In this document: positions 24,551-38,389 of the stretch, piece by piece
How positions within the stretch are numbered: the stretch's first letter is position 1
Layout of the letters: each line of letters opens with the position of its first letter
Assembly: GCA_977017645.1 (NCBI GenBank)
Contig: OZ360229.1
Span: 108,934,001 to 108,998,000 of the forward strand
Source: Torpedo marmorata
Taxonomy: Eukaryota
Direction of reading: 5' to 3'
Length of the DNA: 64,000 nucleotides
Notes under the pieces: model-generated
Database searches by the model: none
What the model saw: only the letters and a program-made list of their open reading frames with translations
What the model was told of the DNA's origin: nothing
Position numbers and translations under genes: made by a program

Positions 24551-27500
24551 AGGTGACTGATGACAGAAATTCATCTGATGTTTTAAGTTCTGAAATCATA
24601 ATTTATGGAGGCATATTGAACTCCCTTTTAAGTTCACCGACATTAAAGTCAATACATTTGAATTTAACAAATGAAGTTTAATCTACAAATGTTGCTTCAT
24701 ATCAAGTTTTTCCACATATAATTTAAGACAGATTTCTCACCTAACTAAATGAAGAAAACGACAACGAGTAGCTATGTTCAGTTGAATTTATAATGAGCAG
24801 GTAGAATTATTGGAGTGAATTCTTGGATATTTAGTTATAATAGGATAAAAGAATAACTTAGCATTTAAGTTATATCATGCTCCCAGATCTTTCTGGTTGA
24901 TCCCAAATTATACTAATTTAGTTCTGAATATTTTCCACTTTCCACAGATGCCCAGAGGAGAAAATATACAATAAAAAGTAGAAAATAAACATCAACATTT
25001 CACTGACAATTGCTGGATCTACATGCCAATTTCCAGATATCCCCTGGGAACAAGGGTGATCTTTCCTGAAAAATATTTTGCAGTCCTCGATAGGGAATTA
25101 AAACCCAATGGACAACATTAGATTCAGGCAAAGAAAATAAATAAAGCATGGATTTTCCCCTGATAATTCATTTTCTATTCATCAATGAAACTGGCTGATT
25201 TTCTTGCTGCTAAAATGCATATCTTCCATTGATATGGGAACATGACACAAGCAAGTGCTGAAAATTATGTTTAGCTATGAAATAAAGTTTTCTTCAATTT
25301 TAGCTCAGGCAGAAAATATGTAACAAGCTTTTTAATAATGACAATTAGGAAGAATCTAGGTGGGAGTTATTTATACAACTCACAGCTGATTAATAAAGGG
25401 CAGAATGAACACTTTTTTTTTGGAATGTCAAAGATCAAATTATTTGGAACCAGAATGATGACTTCCACTGTTGGATATGCATGAGAACAGTAATAGTAAA
25501 ATATACATAACAAGGGTTGCAAAGAAAGTACAAGGTGAAAGGAAATGGCCTAAAACAGCTTTAACATATGTGTTTCTTTTAAATATCATGACACCATTTT
25601 TCTAAATATCACTTTTGCATTTTCATTGCAAAGTGAAATAATGGCTGCAAATCTGTTGAGTGAGATTCTGAAGAGTAAGCATTACTAAAAATGTATTGAA
25701 GATGACCATAAAATAAATTGGGAAGCACTGTGCATTAGCTACTCTTGACTTGAAATCCTAGTCTATTGTTATTACAAAGTTTCAAAAGAGCAGGCTACTA
25801 TTGGCTAATGTCAAATGAGGAAATATTTAATTCGAGCCATATGTGTCATCATATTCAGGTTCTTACGAACAGTACTTGCTTCATCAGTAATGCTAGATTT
25901 CTCCAAATGTGTTCATCTTCATTGATAAACATCAGGATGGTCTGGCTTTCTCTGGTCTGTGTTTTTTTTCTGCACATGATGTATCTGAGTAGTTCACTGA
26001 ACAGGCTTTGAATATTGGTGCAAATTAGGTCATATAAATGAACTATAATTCTGTACTTGTAATGCACAATTCCCAGCTAACAATTATTCATTCATGTCAG
26101 CTCTAAATGCAACTTGAAGGTTTGGCTTGATTACAGGTTGTCAGCCATTTCTCTTGAAGTGTCAGCCATTTCCTTTCATCTCTCAGCAGTACAGAATTTA
26201 TTATTTTTAAAAGGAGCGAGGAGAAAAGCAGGGTTAACAACACAACATTATGGAACATTCAGGAACTAATTCATGTCAACAAACTGCCATGGAAACAGAT
26301 CTTAAAGAGACAGTGCTCCTTTCATTGCTGAATTTTCTATTTCCGGACAATGATCTAATTTTAGAAATAAATACACTTTTAATTTACTTAAAATGTAATG
26401 ATTTTAATTTTTAGCTAAATAATACAAGCTGAATTATATATTTCTAACAAAATATATGAATTATTTAGTGTTTATTTTCATACTAAATATCACATCTTAG
26501 AAATCTAATGGAATAAGATTTGCTCAGGATTTTTGAAAAGGCAGCACTGTCTCCTCAGTAAACAAAAAAGAAGCAGAATAGTCTTCATCAAATAAAGTAA
26601 TCCTGAAGTCAAAGACTTATAAGATAAAGAAGCCTGGGTTCATAGGTCAGGTAGTAATATCTTATTCTTTTCTACAACTAATTAACCATTAACGCAAACT
26701 AAAGATATACTCCAACCAGGAGCAAAATGCAATACAATTATCTTTTTTAACAAGTCAAAGGATTTGTTCTTGTAATTTATCCCCTTCAGGGTCTAGGGAA
26801 TGGAATGGACTAACAAAGGGATAAAATGGTTATATGATTACTCACATGATGAAAATGAAAGAAGATAAAAAGCAGAACACGCCCAGGAACCATGAGATTG
26901 AGAGAATAGACAGAAATGGAACAAAATAATAGGTTAGTAGAACAGCAAAAAAGACACCACCTGAGGTACCACTTTCTGCACTGACAGGGTATCATTGCTG
27001 CAAATTCTAAGCAAATGCTTCTACCACTAGAGCAAGCTATAATATAGCTGAGTGGGCTGAAGTAACTTGACTGTTCGGGTTCCTTTATTTTAGTTCAGAA
27101 GCGAAATTGTTTCTTTATCGAGCAGTTTCCCAACACAGTGGGATGAAATGGTATAAAACTGTACCATTGCACAATATTATGCAATTAGATCTTGAGTTTC
27201 AGACATAATCTGAGAGCAAATGAGGAAAGACATTAGATGCAAGTGAAATCATGCCATTATGATCCATTTCCCAGCAACTAGTTCAATATTGGCTTGATCA
27301 AAGACTGAAAATGCATCAGAGTATGGTACATCATGAAAGTTTAGCAAAACATGAGCAGCATTAGTGGAAATGTGTGTAATGCATTAATGTATGAAAATTT
27401 GATACACTTGTGTGGATTATTTTATGTTACTTATTGCTGAGAATGCAAAAATAGCAGGCAAGGGTATTTGATGTGAACAGTAAATGTGCTCCTATTTTAT

Positions 27501-27614
27501 TTTTAGCATTTTCTTTCTTCTGAAATATTACCATCTTGAAACACAATATATTCTCATGCCTTCCAAATTATTTTCCCACTTGCAAATTTTGTTTATGTGT
27601 ACAGATTAACTTTA

Positions 27615-27849
27615 CTTTTAACAATACAGCATGGTAGAAGCCCATTCCAGCCATTGAAACCCGTGCCACCCAGTTACACCCAATTAACAAACCAGATCTG
27701 TATGTTTTGGAGGGTGGGAAAAAAAATGGAGCACCCAGAGAAAACCCACAGGGAGAATGTACAAACTCATTACAGACAGCGCTGGATTCAAACCCGTCAC
27801 TGACACTGTAACAGCATTGCACTAACCGCTACACTAACCATGCCACCCC
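27615..27849 (-). mobile_element. tRNA-derived V-SINE (HE1-like)
   Basis: Reverse complement resembles 36551-36813: tRNA-like head, V-domain (GAGTTTGTACATTCTCCCTGTGGGTTTTCTCTGGGTGCTCC) and CR1 tail. Confidence 0.85.
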
Positions 27850-29204
27850 AAGATCACACAGACCTTCAACTGTTTTCACCATTTTAAATAGTTTCTTTTT
27901 ATATTAATCTGAGCAAAGTGAATATCTGCAGCATTTAAATGTGGGGTGTGTGGTGTCCAGATTGATTAACCTACTGCATTTGAAACGCATTAAACTGAGG
28001 CCTCCATTTTATGGCCCCTTCACAAGGTGGAGAGGTCCACAGACAAAGATCTGGCCTCAACTGGTAGAACCTCCTGTCCCACCACCACCTGGTCTAATTG
28101 CATTAACAGCCCTTGACAGCTTCACTATTTCTAAAAGTCTGATATTCAGAACATTTAACTTGACCAAAATAATTGAAAAAATATAATAAAAAGTACATTC
28201 AACATCTATAACTTCATTTTAAACATAAATATAAAGTGAACTTAAAATGTGAATGAACAATGAACCTAAGCTTACTTCATAATGAAGGTTTCTGACTCCT
28301 TTAAAATGGAATCCCATCATAAACTGAGGAATCAGATGTGAGGTGCATCGGGACCCACGACTGGATGCCATGATGAGTCTAGCGATGCAGTGATAGGTCA
28401 GAGTCACAAAGCTCTCAGCTTCCAACCAATCTCCAACGTTTGTCTTACAATGCACATTCCCAGAGACAGAAGGTACACTGAACATCTATGGACAGATGGG
28501 CGGCCATTCTCAATGGAATCACTTCCCACAATGGAGTTCAAACCAGCCCAGCATTTCATCTGCCAACTTTCCCACTCTCTTGGTTAATCATTTATCCCAT
28601 TTCAGTCTTGTAATGGCTCACATTGACTTTTCCTACTCAGCTTTTAATGATCAGTCCTTTCGTTTGAGATACTCATGGCTAAGGCTCCAGCACTGCTCGT
28701 CCCAGACACTCGCGACAAGTGTTAGGTTAACTGAACAGATGCAAAAGCCTTTGATCATCTACATTCTTTCAATAATTGCAATGTGTCATTTGTTGACAGT
28801 AAATATCATCCTTTCTCGACTCAGTTATTATCATCTGAAGCTGAGCTCCACAGAACAGATCCCAAAATTAAATTCTTGACTCTTTGAAAGTGAAGATGCT
28901 CCTGTTGACCTCAACATTCCTGGTTTGGAAAGGCAAACAAAAAAAAAACTACCTGGATTCAGGCTCCTAAAAATGTTGTAATGACTCCCTTCTGGAAAAT
29001 AGTGACAGGGTGAACTGGGTGTGCCTGCCACCTTCGCCCTGTACCACTCCCAGTTGTGTGTGGGACTTTAAACTTGAGTGAGGTGCTATAGGGCCAATGG
29101 TATCAATGGAATGATGGACCTAATGACTCTTCAAAAGGATATTTCTGAATTGGAAAAGTTGCAAGAAAATAATTATTCTCTGACAGCCATAGGTTCTCTT
29201 GCCA

Positions 29205-29660
29205 GATGACAAGATTGTTCTGTAGAGGGTGCAATGGAGATTCATCAAGATGTTATCTGGATTGGAACGCTTCAGTTGCAAGGATAGTCCGGATTGGCTA
29301 AGTTTTTCCATAGAGTGGAGGAGGCTAAGGAGTGACCTAATTGATGTATATAACATCTTGAGGGGGATGGATAAGGTTGACACCTCTTCCCAAGGCACGG
29401 GTGTCGAAAACAAGAGAGCGGAGGTTTACGTTGAGAAGTAGGACATTTAGAAATCTTCACTCAGAGGCTGGTTGGAATCTGGAATGAACTGCCTGAAGAG
29501 TGGTGGAAACAGACGCTCTCACAACATTTAAGAAGTATATGAGGAATGTATAGAAAATAACAGACCTAACACAGGATTATGGGATGAGTTTCGGTCGTGA
29601 CCAATGTCAGCATAGACCTGATGAGCTGTAGGGCCTGTTTCTGTGCTGAAGGCTGTGACT
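29205..29660 (+). mobile_element. CR1 LINE 3' end
   Basis: ORF 29229-29441 contains RRLRSDLIDVYNILRGMDKVD (CR1 C-terminus), followed by a CR1 3'UTR. Confidence 0.85.
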
Positions 29661-29879
29661 TTATAGTAATATTTCTTGTCTCTGCACTCTGAATTTCAAA
29701 ACATAACTCCTTTGTTATTTCTAAACTACAAATATTCAGTCCATCATCTCTACTGCAACATAATGATGTTGAAATCACTAGGGATCTCCCATTCACCATA
29801 CACCTCAGGACCATGGCTTCCTTCCCCTTCTTCTTCTTTAGTCTTGCTACTTAAGATCTGATCTTTTTTTTTCATAACA

Positions 29880-30200
29880 ACGAGGGCATTCAGCCCAACA
29901 AGTCTTTCCTGGCTCTTAGAACATTCCCTCCTATCTCATTCCAGCACTTATTACCTGTGACCTAGTCTCTCTCACGTTCCCATCAACTCCCAATTCTCCT
30001 GCCAATCACATACACAAGGGATAATTCACACTACCCAATTAACCTACTAATCTGCATATCTTCAACAATGAGAGGAAAACCAGAACACTCAGACCAAAGC
30101 CATACGGTCATGCCGAGAGCATGCACATTCCACAGAGAGAGCATCCAAGATCAGGATCAAACCCATTGTCTTTGGCATTATGATGTGCCACTGAGCCAGC
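29880..30200 (-). mobile_element. Old V-SINE
   Basis: Antisense V-domain remnants (aattaacctact...gaggaaaaccagaacactc...ccacagagagagc). Confidence 0.6.
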
Positions 30201-33005
30201 CTTACATTCATGAATTGCGAGTGACACAATTCACAAACAAAAGTAAAGATTGGGGAAGAACCATGCTAAAGCCTGGTGGACGAGCCCATTTCCAAGTATC
30301 TTTGGAAAGAGCTACAAAAAAGGTAGTGGGGAGTGAGATCAGACTTAGTGAATCGGTGTGTTCATCTAACAAAATGTATTTGTTGATGTCCGCAAACCTG
30401 ACTCAAAACAGTGATAAACAGATTGCTTGTTCGTGGAATAGGATATCAAAACTTTTTTTTATTATTATTGCCCTGAAACTTATTGGGAAAAGGCAACATT
30501 ATTTTGAACCAAAACCTTTCCTCAAACTGTCGTCCCATAAGAGGCAAACACTGAAACACTGGAGCAACTTAGACATCGGATTTTAATGCAGTAACCAAAT
30601 TGTAAAGGATATTGACTTTCTTCATCTGGCGACCAGTTTCAACCAAAGTATGGTATAATTTTCAACCCTTACAAATTCAAAACATGAGTGTTTTAAAATG
30701 ATGGGAATGTTTTAGGATCTCTGGTGAAGTGAATCCCATTGCCATCTGACTGACAAACTAATCTAACTTGGAGCATGGGATCAGGTTAGCTTTCAGCAGG
30801 TTTTTAATAGTGGTGTATGGATAATGATGCTTTGCCATCAAAAGTACTTCTATATAAAACATTGTTCCCCCATAATGCAATCTGTGAAGTCTAATGGAAA
30901 ATAATAACACACTATATCTCTAAACTATTCCAATACAACTTGCGATATGGAAGTGCAGGATTGAGACTATTTTGCTGGATATACAATAATTCCACAAATA
31001 ATGTGTGCTCTGCCGGTCTGCAGAAACTGAATTAAATACTTGCAGCAGTGTTGTGGGTGTCTCTGAGTTGGATTGTTCCCTCAACATTCGATAGATGTTT
31101 TCTGAACTGCATGCTGATGTGATGACAAGGAAGAATAATTCAAGTTGATGTAATGGACAAAGGTTGTGGAGTTTTGCTCAATGTGTTTTGCTCAGGGCCA
31201 GTAATGGATTTTGTTTCTACACAACAAATGAGTTGGGTAGAATGAATGACAACATTGATTGCATGCATACGGTCAGCGAATGGAATGGATCAAACAGTAA
31301 TCTTTTCTTTGAATGTATTATCCTCAAAGCTCCAGTCTCGAATTGGGGTGGAAACTTATCCTAGGTCACAAGTAAGACAGCTGCAGATCTGCAAGTGACA
31401 ATTTGTCTAAATTGTGACTGCTAAATTCAATAGAAACGAATCTCGGAAGGGGAGTACACATGGAGAGCTACATCACACAAGCCACTGGGAAAACATGTCT
31501 TCTTTAAGATCCCTTGGATTCAATCTTTCCTTCAGAAGTTTAGCCCATTGTGTTCATTTCTGAAAATATTTTTTGCTTCTCACAATTAATATTTCTGTGG
31601 TTTTTGTTCTTTGTCGTAAAAGCTATGTTGACAATATCCTGGAATGATCTTTGATGATAACAAAGTGATATTCTACAATAGAAAGTGAATCCATGCCCAG
31701 AATTGAACAGGCAAAGTATCTTTGCCCATAGTTGATCACAGTAGTGATCACACCTGGGTAAAATTAGACCCCTTTGGAAATGAGTGTACAACTCACGTTA
31801 ATGAGTTGCACACTGTCTGAAGTCACAGGTTGCTTAGGGTCTCCTGCACAGTGAGCGGAACGTGAAGCTTCTGGAGACAAGCCTCAACTATTTATGTTTC
31901 CTCATGCAACAAAAACATGAGGAGCTCACCATGCAGGAATGGGCAGCAAGACACCGATTAAAGGGCCTCCGTTCTGACATTGACATCTTACACATATAAA
32001 TGGTCAGTATATTTAAGCTGTGAGCTTTGGTCACCATCTGTTGATCAACCTGAAACTTGCAGTGGCTTGGGGCTACTCGTGACACAGTAGATGACCAGGT
32101 TGAACTACCATATGGAGAGGCTGGGAGATCACTGTTCACTACCTCTACCTACCCACCATGTTTTCCTTCACTTCCTTTATGGTCACTTCTGCTGCTCTGC
32201 TGGGCAGCCATGAGGAGAGTTATTTAAGCTCTTTGTCACTTCCCAGAATGGCAATGATGTGGCAGCTGCCAAATCTTCTTGCAGCTTCCAGCCAGAGGCA
32301 CACAGGTGCCATTTCAGCCATCATCTAGGTACAATACACCATTGGTTTCATTGCATTTTAGAGGTGATCTAAGTGACAAGAGGATCAACTCCAATATTTC
32401 TTCAAATGCACATTCTGAGAAATCCTTGACTCAACTTCTTTTCCCACCCACTTCCCATGGGAAATGACTGAAATCCCAATGCATTTTAATAAACAATATG
32501 CAAGATTGTTGAGATAAGGTGTGGAAATAGAGGTTTGGCTCAAGTTTTAAAACAGCCAACGGAGGAACATTTCTCCTTTAATGTTATTTAATGAAAAGCA
32601 ATGCAGGTCGGCCAGAGCTTTTTAGCTTTCCCATCAACTTTGATTACCCAGAAATTCTTGGTACAAGATGAAAATATATTGAAGTTTAATTCTATTTAGA
32701 ATTAGGATGAAAATTTAGCAAGTTGCACTCAGTTGTAGATTGGTTAACTCTGAAATATATTTGCAGCTACTACACGGGGCTATGAACCACTATTCCACTC
32801 TCTTGTTGCAAACAGCAAGGAAAATATTCCAAATAAGGTCTCAATAAAATTCTGAGTTGTTGATTCTTTGCTTCCAGATAGCATTATTTTCATTTTTGCT
32901 AATTGTGTAAAACCCCTGGCAGTGCTGAAAGAGGTCCCCTTCCCTCATGCAATAGAGAAAAGCTGAGGAGATGCAGCCACAGAAATGACAGTGCTCTGTA
33001 CTGAC

Positions 33006-33041
33006 CTTGAATCTGGGTCGAGCTCGTAGGCTCGCTTACTT
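33006..33041 (-). other. Candidate 36-nt alternatively spliced microexon of an unidentified minus-strand gene
   Basis: Minus strand: ~100-nt pyrimidine tract, then ttatag|AAGTAAGCGAGCCTACGAGCTCGACCCAGATTCAAG|gtcagt. Frame-preserving and CpG-retaining, with TGCATG ~55 nt downstream. Confidence 0.45.
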
Positions 33042-34864
33042 CTATAATCGGAGAAAATGGTGAGGTGGTTTGGGAGGTGGGGGGTGGCAGGAAGAGGGGA
33101 GGTAGGGGAAGAATTGAAGGAAGGAGAGAAGGAAGGAAAAGAAATCCAAAAATTACAGTTTACATATCCTTACAGTCATGGAACTGAGCAGCAAAGTGAA
33201 GCTAGTGACAACACACATGCAATAAAATGAACCTGAAACATTATGAAGGTTACAGACTGTTCATGACGGTGTATCATGGGTTTGAACTGGGAAAAAGTAA
33301 TTAATCTAATTAGTAGCAAAGAGTTGACACCTTTAACTCACCAATTAATAATGTGTCATTCCTATCACACCATTTCACTGACAAGCATTTCAACCTTGAG
33401 GAATACATTTGATTGACCTCCTGCTCATTTTTCTTTATGATGAGTTTCTCAACATGTGGGTGGGCATTTTGAACATTGAGCAAAAAATCCTGCAAGTTAA
33501 ACCAGTACTGACTTTTGTGTATTCTTTAAAGGGTGCCGCTGATGTTCACATACTTTTTTTGAGTGGATGAAAGAATTATTATTATTATCTCCAGCCACAA
33601 CATCCAGCACCCAAGATTAATTTCAGTTGAGTTATTGTCCATAATATTGGTTTATATTTCAAGTGGCTGAATGTCAGTGATGGTATCACAGTGATGGCAC
33701 ATTTGCAAGATAATAATCCATCAGGATACACAAATGATTTTTACCTTTTCCCTGAAAGGGAGGAAAATATCTGCAAAAATTTCAACAGTGCCCTTATCAG
33801 TCCACACCCAAAAAAGAGGCAAAGTTCAGAGAATATTTCTGTGCACCAACAAAAGATAACTGAACAAAGGCATTACTGTAAGGTTCAGCATATAAACATC
33901 CAGAGATCTTCTTACGGGTCAATATTTTAAATTCCTGGTGAGGAATAAATGTTGAAACCTTATTTCTTAAACTTTAGCTTATCTTTTTGTCAGTATCAAA
34001 ATCAGTCAGCAAACAAACAGGTTCAATCCCCAGCCATTGGTTCCTCTGATGCTTGGGCACTGATCATCTGGAGAAAGTGGAGGTTATTGCGAAATAATTT
34101 GATTTTGTAAAAGCACAGGACTTTATCTTGCATCAGAATAATGCTTGAAATACATTACATTCTTCAGAAGGAGTGTTTTACTTTTTTATACTTTATTATG
34201 AGACTCGTGAGAGACAGATAAGCCACGTCGATTTCCAGCAAATTCTGCCTTCGTACTTTTCAATTTGAATTTGCTTTTAGATAGATAATTTTGAAGCTTT
34301 GAAGGGTGGGCAAGAAATCTGAAGTTCATTTTTTTGCAGGAGCTCATCTGGGCTTTTCATCGTAACACTGCACTTCAATATACTGTGTGTTATACCATGA
34401 CCACCACATTAAATGTGTTTCAATTTCTTTTATAAAGTTATCTCTCAAGACCATAGAAATGAATGCAAAAGAAACAGATGCTTACAAAGAAAATGAAGTG
34501 GTGCAATCATTTCAAACACTTTCCCACAGTGAATAGGTCCAGATGACTTTGTGTTAACAACGATTTGGCTGTCAGCATAAGATGATCACAAAATTTAAGG
34601 GAAATTTTCATAAACGTGATGAAGCTAAAAGAGTTTCTCATATTTGTACTTTCTGGCTGCAGCAGTGAGACCCATTTATGAGAAAATCAATGAGGGATTG
34701 TCATCAGTTATAATGTACAGGTTCGGTTCCATCTTCAGAAAAATCACACTCATTCAGGGAGGCAATGCTAGATCTGGCGGCCTAAAAATTTGACAACAAC
34801 TGACTCAGGGGATGTCTTCTGTGCTGGGTTCATTAAAAAGACCATAGGTCATGAGTAACGCAAA

Positions 34865-35160
34865 GACAGCAGATGCTGGAATCTTGAGCAAACAAAAAGC
34901 TGCTGGAGGAACTCGGTGGGTGGAAATGGTCAGTCAACATTTCAGGTTGGGATCCTTTATCAAGATGAAAGAGGCGATATTGTGTATATAGCTGGTGGAG
35001 GGCCTATGAGGAGAAAGGGCAGAGGACAGGTGGGGGAAGTGGTCACACAGGGAGAGGGTGAGATCACTGGGAAGGGAGGGGGGGGCAGAAATAAAATTAG
35101 AGAGAATAATGGAAGTGGGTAAAGAAGAAATGAGAACAGTGGAACCAGGTGGGGAGGGGG
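34865..35160 (-). mobile_element. Old Penelope 3' end remnant
   Basis: cagcagatgctggaatcttgagcaaacaaaaagctgctggaggaactc...caacatttcaggttgggatcctttatcaag followed by a G-rich tract, as in the antisense Penelope tail. Confidence 0.7.
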
Positions 35161-35484
35161 GAGCCTTCTTCTGGACAGCCCTAAACCTAACGGTAAGAAC
35201 ATTGATTTTTTTTTTCCAGCTTCCGTGCCCAACAATGGCATATAAATATAACGTGATACCCAAAGGGGCAAGAATCATATAGTGCCCTTTCCGGTCGAGA
35301 CAGCATCGACTTTTCCAACCTGTCCCTCTTGTTCTTCGGGGTCGCTGCTTGCAAAGTAGTGATCTCGACTTCATATGCTGCAGCAGGTTAACTAGCAATG
35401 TTGTGTGTCAGCAACTCACCTGCATTCTCAAAATGAGGACAAGCCAATTATCCAATTGAGATGAAAATAAAATATAAAAATAAT

Positions 35485-35646
35485 TGCAGATGCTCAAAAT
35501 CTGAAATAAAAACAGAAAATGCTGGAAACATTCATCAGATCAGATAGTGTCTGTGGGAAGAGATGCAACATTAACTTTTCAGGTCCAGGACTTTATTTCT
35601 CTTTCACCAGTTGACCTGCCTGAGTATTTCCAGCATTTCTGTTTCC
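35485..35646. mobile_element. Old short palindromic Penelope-derived element
   Basis: aacagaaaatgctggaaacattca ... tgagtatttccagcatttctgttt form inverted arms resembling the Penelope terminus. Confidence 0.7.
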
Positions 35647-36550
35647 TCCGTTTGACATGCTGCTACGTCTGTGCTACGTCGATTTTGAATCTCCAGTCCC
35701 ATATGTTTTACATATCCTCACTGCAATGCACAGAAACAATTCAATTACCATGTTATATTTCCCTCAAAACAAGGTCAAGCAAACATGATGAAGTGGATTT
35801 TTTTTTGATTGAGAGCAGCAATCTTTATGAAAGAGATTTGATGATTGTATTTTTTTCCTTTTAGGAATGAGAAATGCCAGATGATTCCTTTATCATTTCA
35901 TTACATTGTCCTTAGATCTAAATAACTCATGTTGCAATGCAATTTGTACATGAAAACAAATGAAAGGTTTGCAATCATTTTTTCATGAAGATATTATCCT
36001 TCAAAATGTCTGTCAGATGTACAATGAAGTGCAATTCTGTGTTACATTTACTGTATATTGTAATCATTAATTCATGGGTTTGACTTGCATTGGTCTCTAA
36101 GAATCCCTTGGCAAATACTTTCAAGATGCTGGAAATAACAGTTTTGATTAGTATTATTCCTCAGGGTGCCCCAGTAGTTTAAGCTTTCAGCAGTTAGCAC
36201 TCTTGCTAAGAGAGTTGCTAGCATATATAACAGGCCTGTTTGACATTCACTTACCTTGTCTGTGGAATCTAGGACATTAGATAAAAAGCCAGCAAACAGC
36301 AAAATGTTTCTTTGGGAGTGGGGTTGAGAAGAATTTGCATTTACCAAATCACACAATAACTGCATCTCTGGATGGACATTATGTATCACCTTGTCGTCAA
36401 GAATGAGGGTGTTGCAAAGAGATCCTTTTTAATAAGGTGGGGCACAGAGGTAATTTAAGAAATACCTATGGATCATCAGAAGTCTGTATTATAAAATGTT
36501 AGGAAGCAGCTTTGTTGCTGCAGTGCCTCTGCTTTTGTTTTAACCTTAGC

Positions 36551-36813
36551 TGCGGCACGGTTAGGGTAGCAGTTAGCGCAACGCTGTTACAGCGCCAATG
36601 ACCAGGAAATGGGTTCGAATCCTGCGCTATCTGTAAGGAGTTTGTACGTTCTCCCCGTGTCTGCGTGGGTTTCCTCTGGGTGCTCCGATTAACTCCCAAC
36701 ATTCAAAAACGTATCGGGGTTGTAGGTCAGTTGGATGTAATTGGGCGGCACGGGCTCATGGGCCGAAAGGGCCTGTTACCGGTGCTGTATGTCTAAATAA
36801 ATAAATAAATAAA
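36551..36813 (+). mobile_element. Young full-length tRNA-derived V-SINE (HE1-like)
   Basis: A-box-like head, B box GGGTTCGAATCC, V-domain GGAGTTTGTACGTTCTCCCCGTGTCTGCGTGGGTTTCCTCTGGGTGCTCC, CR1-like tail and (TAAA)n. Confidence 0.92.
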
Positions 36814-37176
36814 TTGTGCAGAGGTGGCAGCGCTATATCACATAAAGGTTGAAAATATTGTCAGTTTAGTCAAAACAAACCACTCAGACACATCTCATGA
36901 TTACTACTTGCAATGGAAAAACAGGCAGGGGCCTGGGTGAAGGCAGACTATTCATCCTTGCAGTAAGGGAACAGTGTCTTGGGAAGATTGGAACCTAAAG
37001 GAGGGGCTTAAGTTTCAAAAAAAGCAAATGGTTCTCCTCAGGACTCATTAAGAATCCTTTCATGACCAAACAAACAAAAAAAAAGAGATTATAAATAGTT
37101 TGAGTGAGTGGGGAAAATGGATGCCATGGATTTCATCATGAGAAAATGTGAGGCCATTGGGCCAGTAAGTTTAGAC

Positions 37177-37336
37177 GAGTGGTTCTCAACCTTTTTTTTC
37201 CACTCACATACCACCTTAAGTAATCCCTTACTAACCACAGAGCACCTATGGCATCCTATGCCAAAGGTGCTCTGTGGTTAGTAAGGGATTACTTAAGCTG
37301 GTGTGTGAGTGGAAATAAAAAGGTTGAAAACCACTG
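37177..37336. mobile_element. hAT-Charlie-type palindromic MITE
   Basis: TIRs (G/C)AGTGGTTCTCAACC / GGTTGAAAACCACTG. The whole 160 bp is a near-perfect palindrome. 8-bp TSD GTTTAGAC / CTCTAGAC (NTCTAGAN-like). Confidence 0.9.
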
Positions 37337-37517
37337 CTCTAGACCTATCAAAGATGGAATCGAGAGTTTTAGAAATGCTGTAAATATAAAAAGCAGTCGG
37401 CATTCAAAGAGAACATGGACCATGGCCATCTACAGATAGCAACCAAAACTTTCCAAAGAATGCCAAACCTCATATCAAGAGTCTTGAAATGCAAGAGTGA
37501 GAAGTTATGCTGGACTT

Positions 37518-38389
37518 TGTTATGGACCATGACTGACCATTTGGACTGCGGACAGTCAGCAGGAAGGATGAAGTCTTTTGAGTACACACTGGGACCAGGT
37601 ACTGAAAGAGTTAACATGCCCAGGGCTGGCTGTGCTCAGAGAGAGAGACACATAGAGAGAGAGACAGGCTGTGAAAAAGATACTTTGTTGCTCTTTTGGA
37701 AAAGCAGGTGCAGAACTCTGCAAAAGCAGTCAGTGTAGTTGGAAAGGCTGGAGAGAGAACAGCAAAACCAGAGGCTTGTGCATTCCAGCTAGAAAGGCTG
37801 TGGAGAAGAGCACATGGCCTCCTTTATCAGTAAAAGACTGATTTAAAGCAACTTTCGTGGATAACAGGCGTGAGATCAGCTAGATGGGCTGTGAGATCCA
37901 CGTACCTGCCTTCATCAGTGGAACACTGATTTGAACAGCAACCCTTGTGCACCTACAAAAGGAAAGTCATCGGAAGGATATAGCAGACCAAGCATTCGTA
38001 AGCTTAAACCAGTCAGTGTCTCTCTCTCCAATGTTCATTAAGAAGTCCTTCGTGCTAGCACACAGAGCTGAATTTAGACCCTGAACATAGAGAGTGAATT
38101 TTTGTGGACTGTATTTTTGGGACTAACTTATTTTTATGACTGACCTGGGGTTTTGGGGAAGGTTTTCCATTTTTACATGAGGGTTGGACACAGACTGTAA
38201 TGGTTTGGGCTTTTCACTCACACACACACACTTCAGATAAGTATTTGATAACTGAATATTTGTTATAGACGTTTATAGTGGGGTTAATCGTTAATAAGTT
38301 ATATATTGAATTGTCTTTAATAAATATAAATTTAAATTTTAACTCCTTTGCATTGCATCGTCTGTCGTTGCTGGTTTGAATTTGTAACA
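37518..38389 (+). mobile_element. Solo LTR, copy 1 (Gypsy- or ERV1-type)
   Basis: TGTTA...TAACA termini, 4-bp TSD ACTT/ACCT, AATAAA near the 3' end. Collinear with 59056-59918. Confidence 0.88.

Noticed and set aside
30068-30586. 172-aa ORF as a host gene
   Set aside because: It begins in an antisense SINE remnant, and no recognisable domain or exon structure is present.
36551-36630. tRNA gene
   Set aside because: It is the tRNA-derived head of a V-SINE, followed by the V-domain and a LINE tail.
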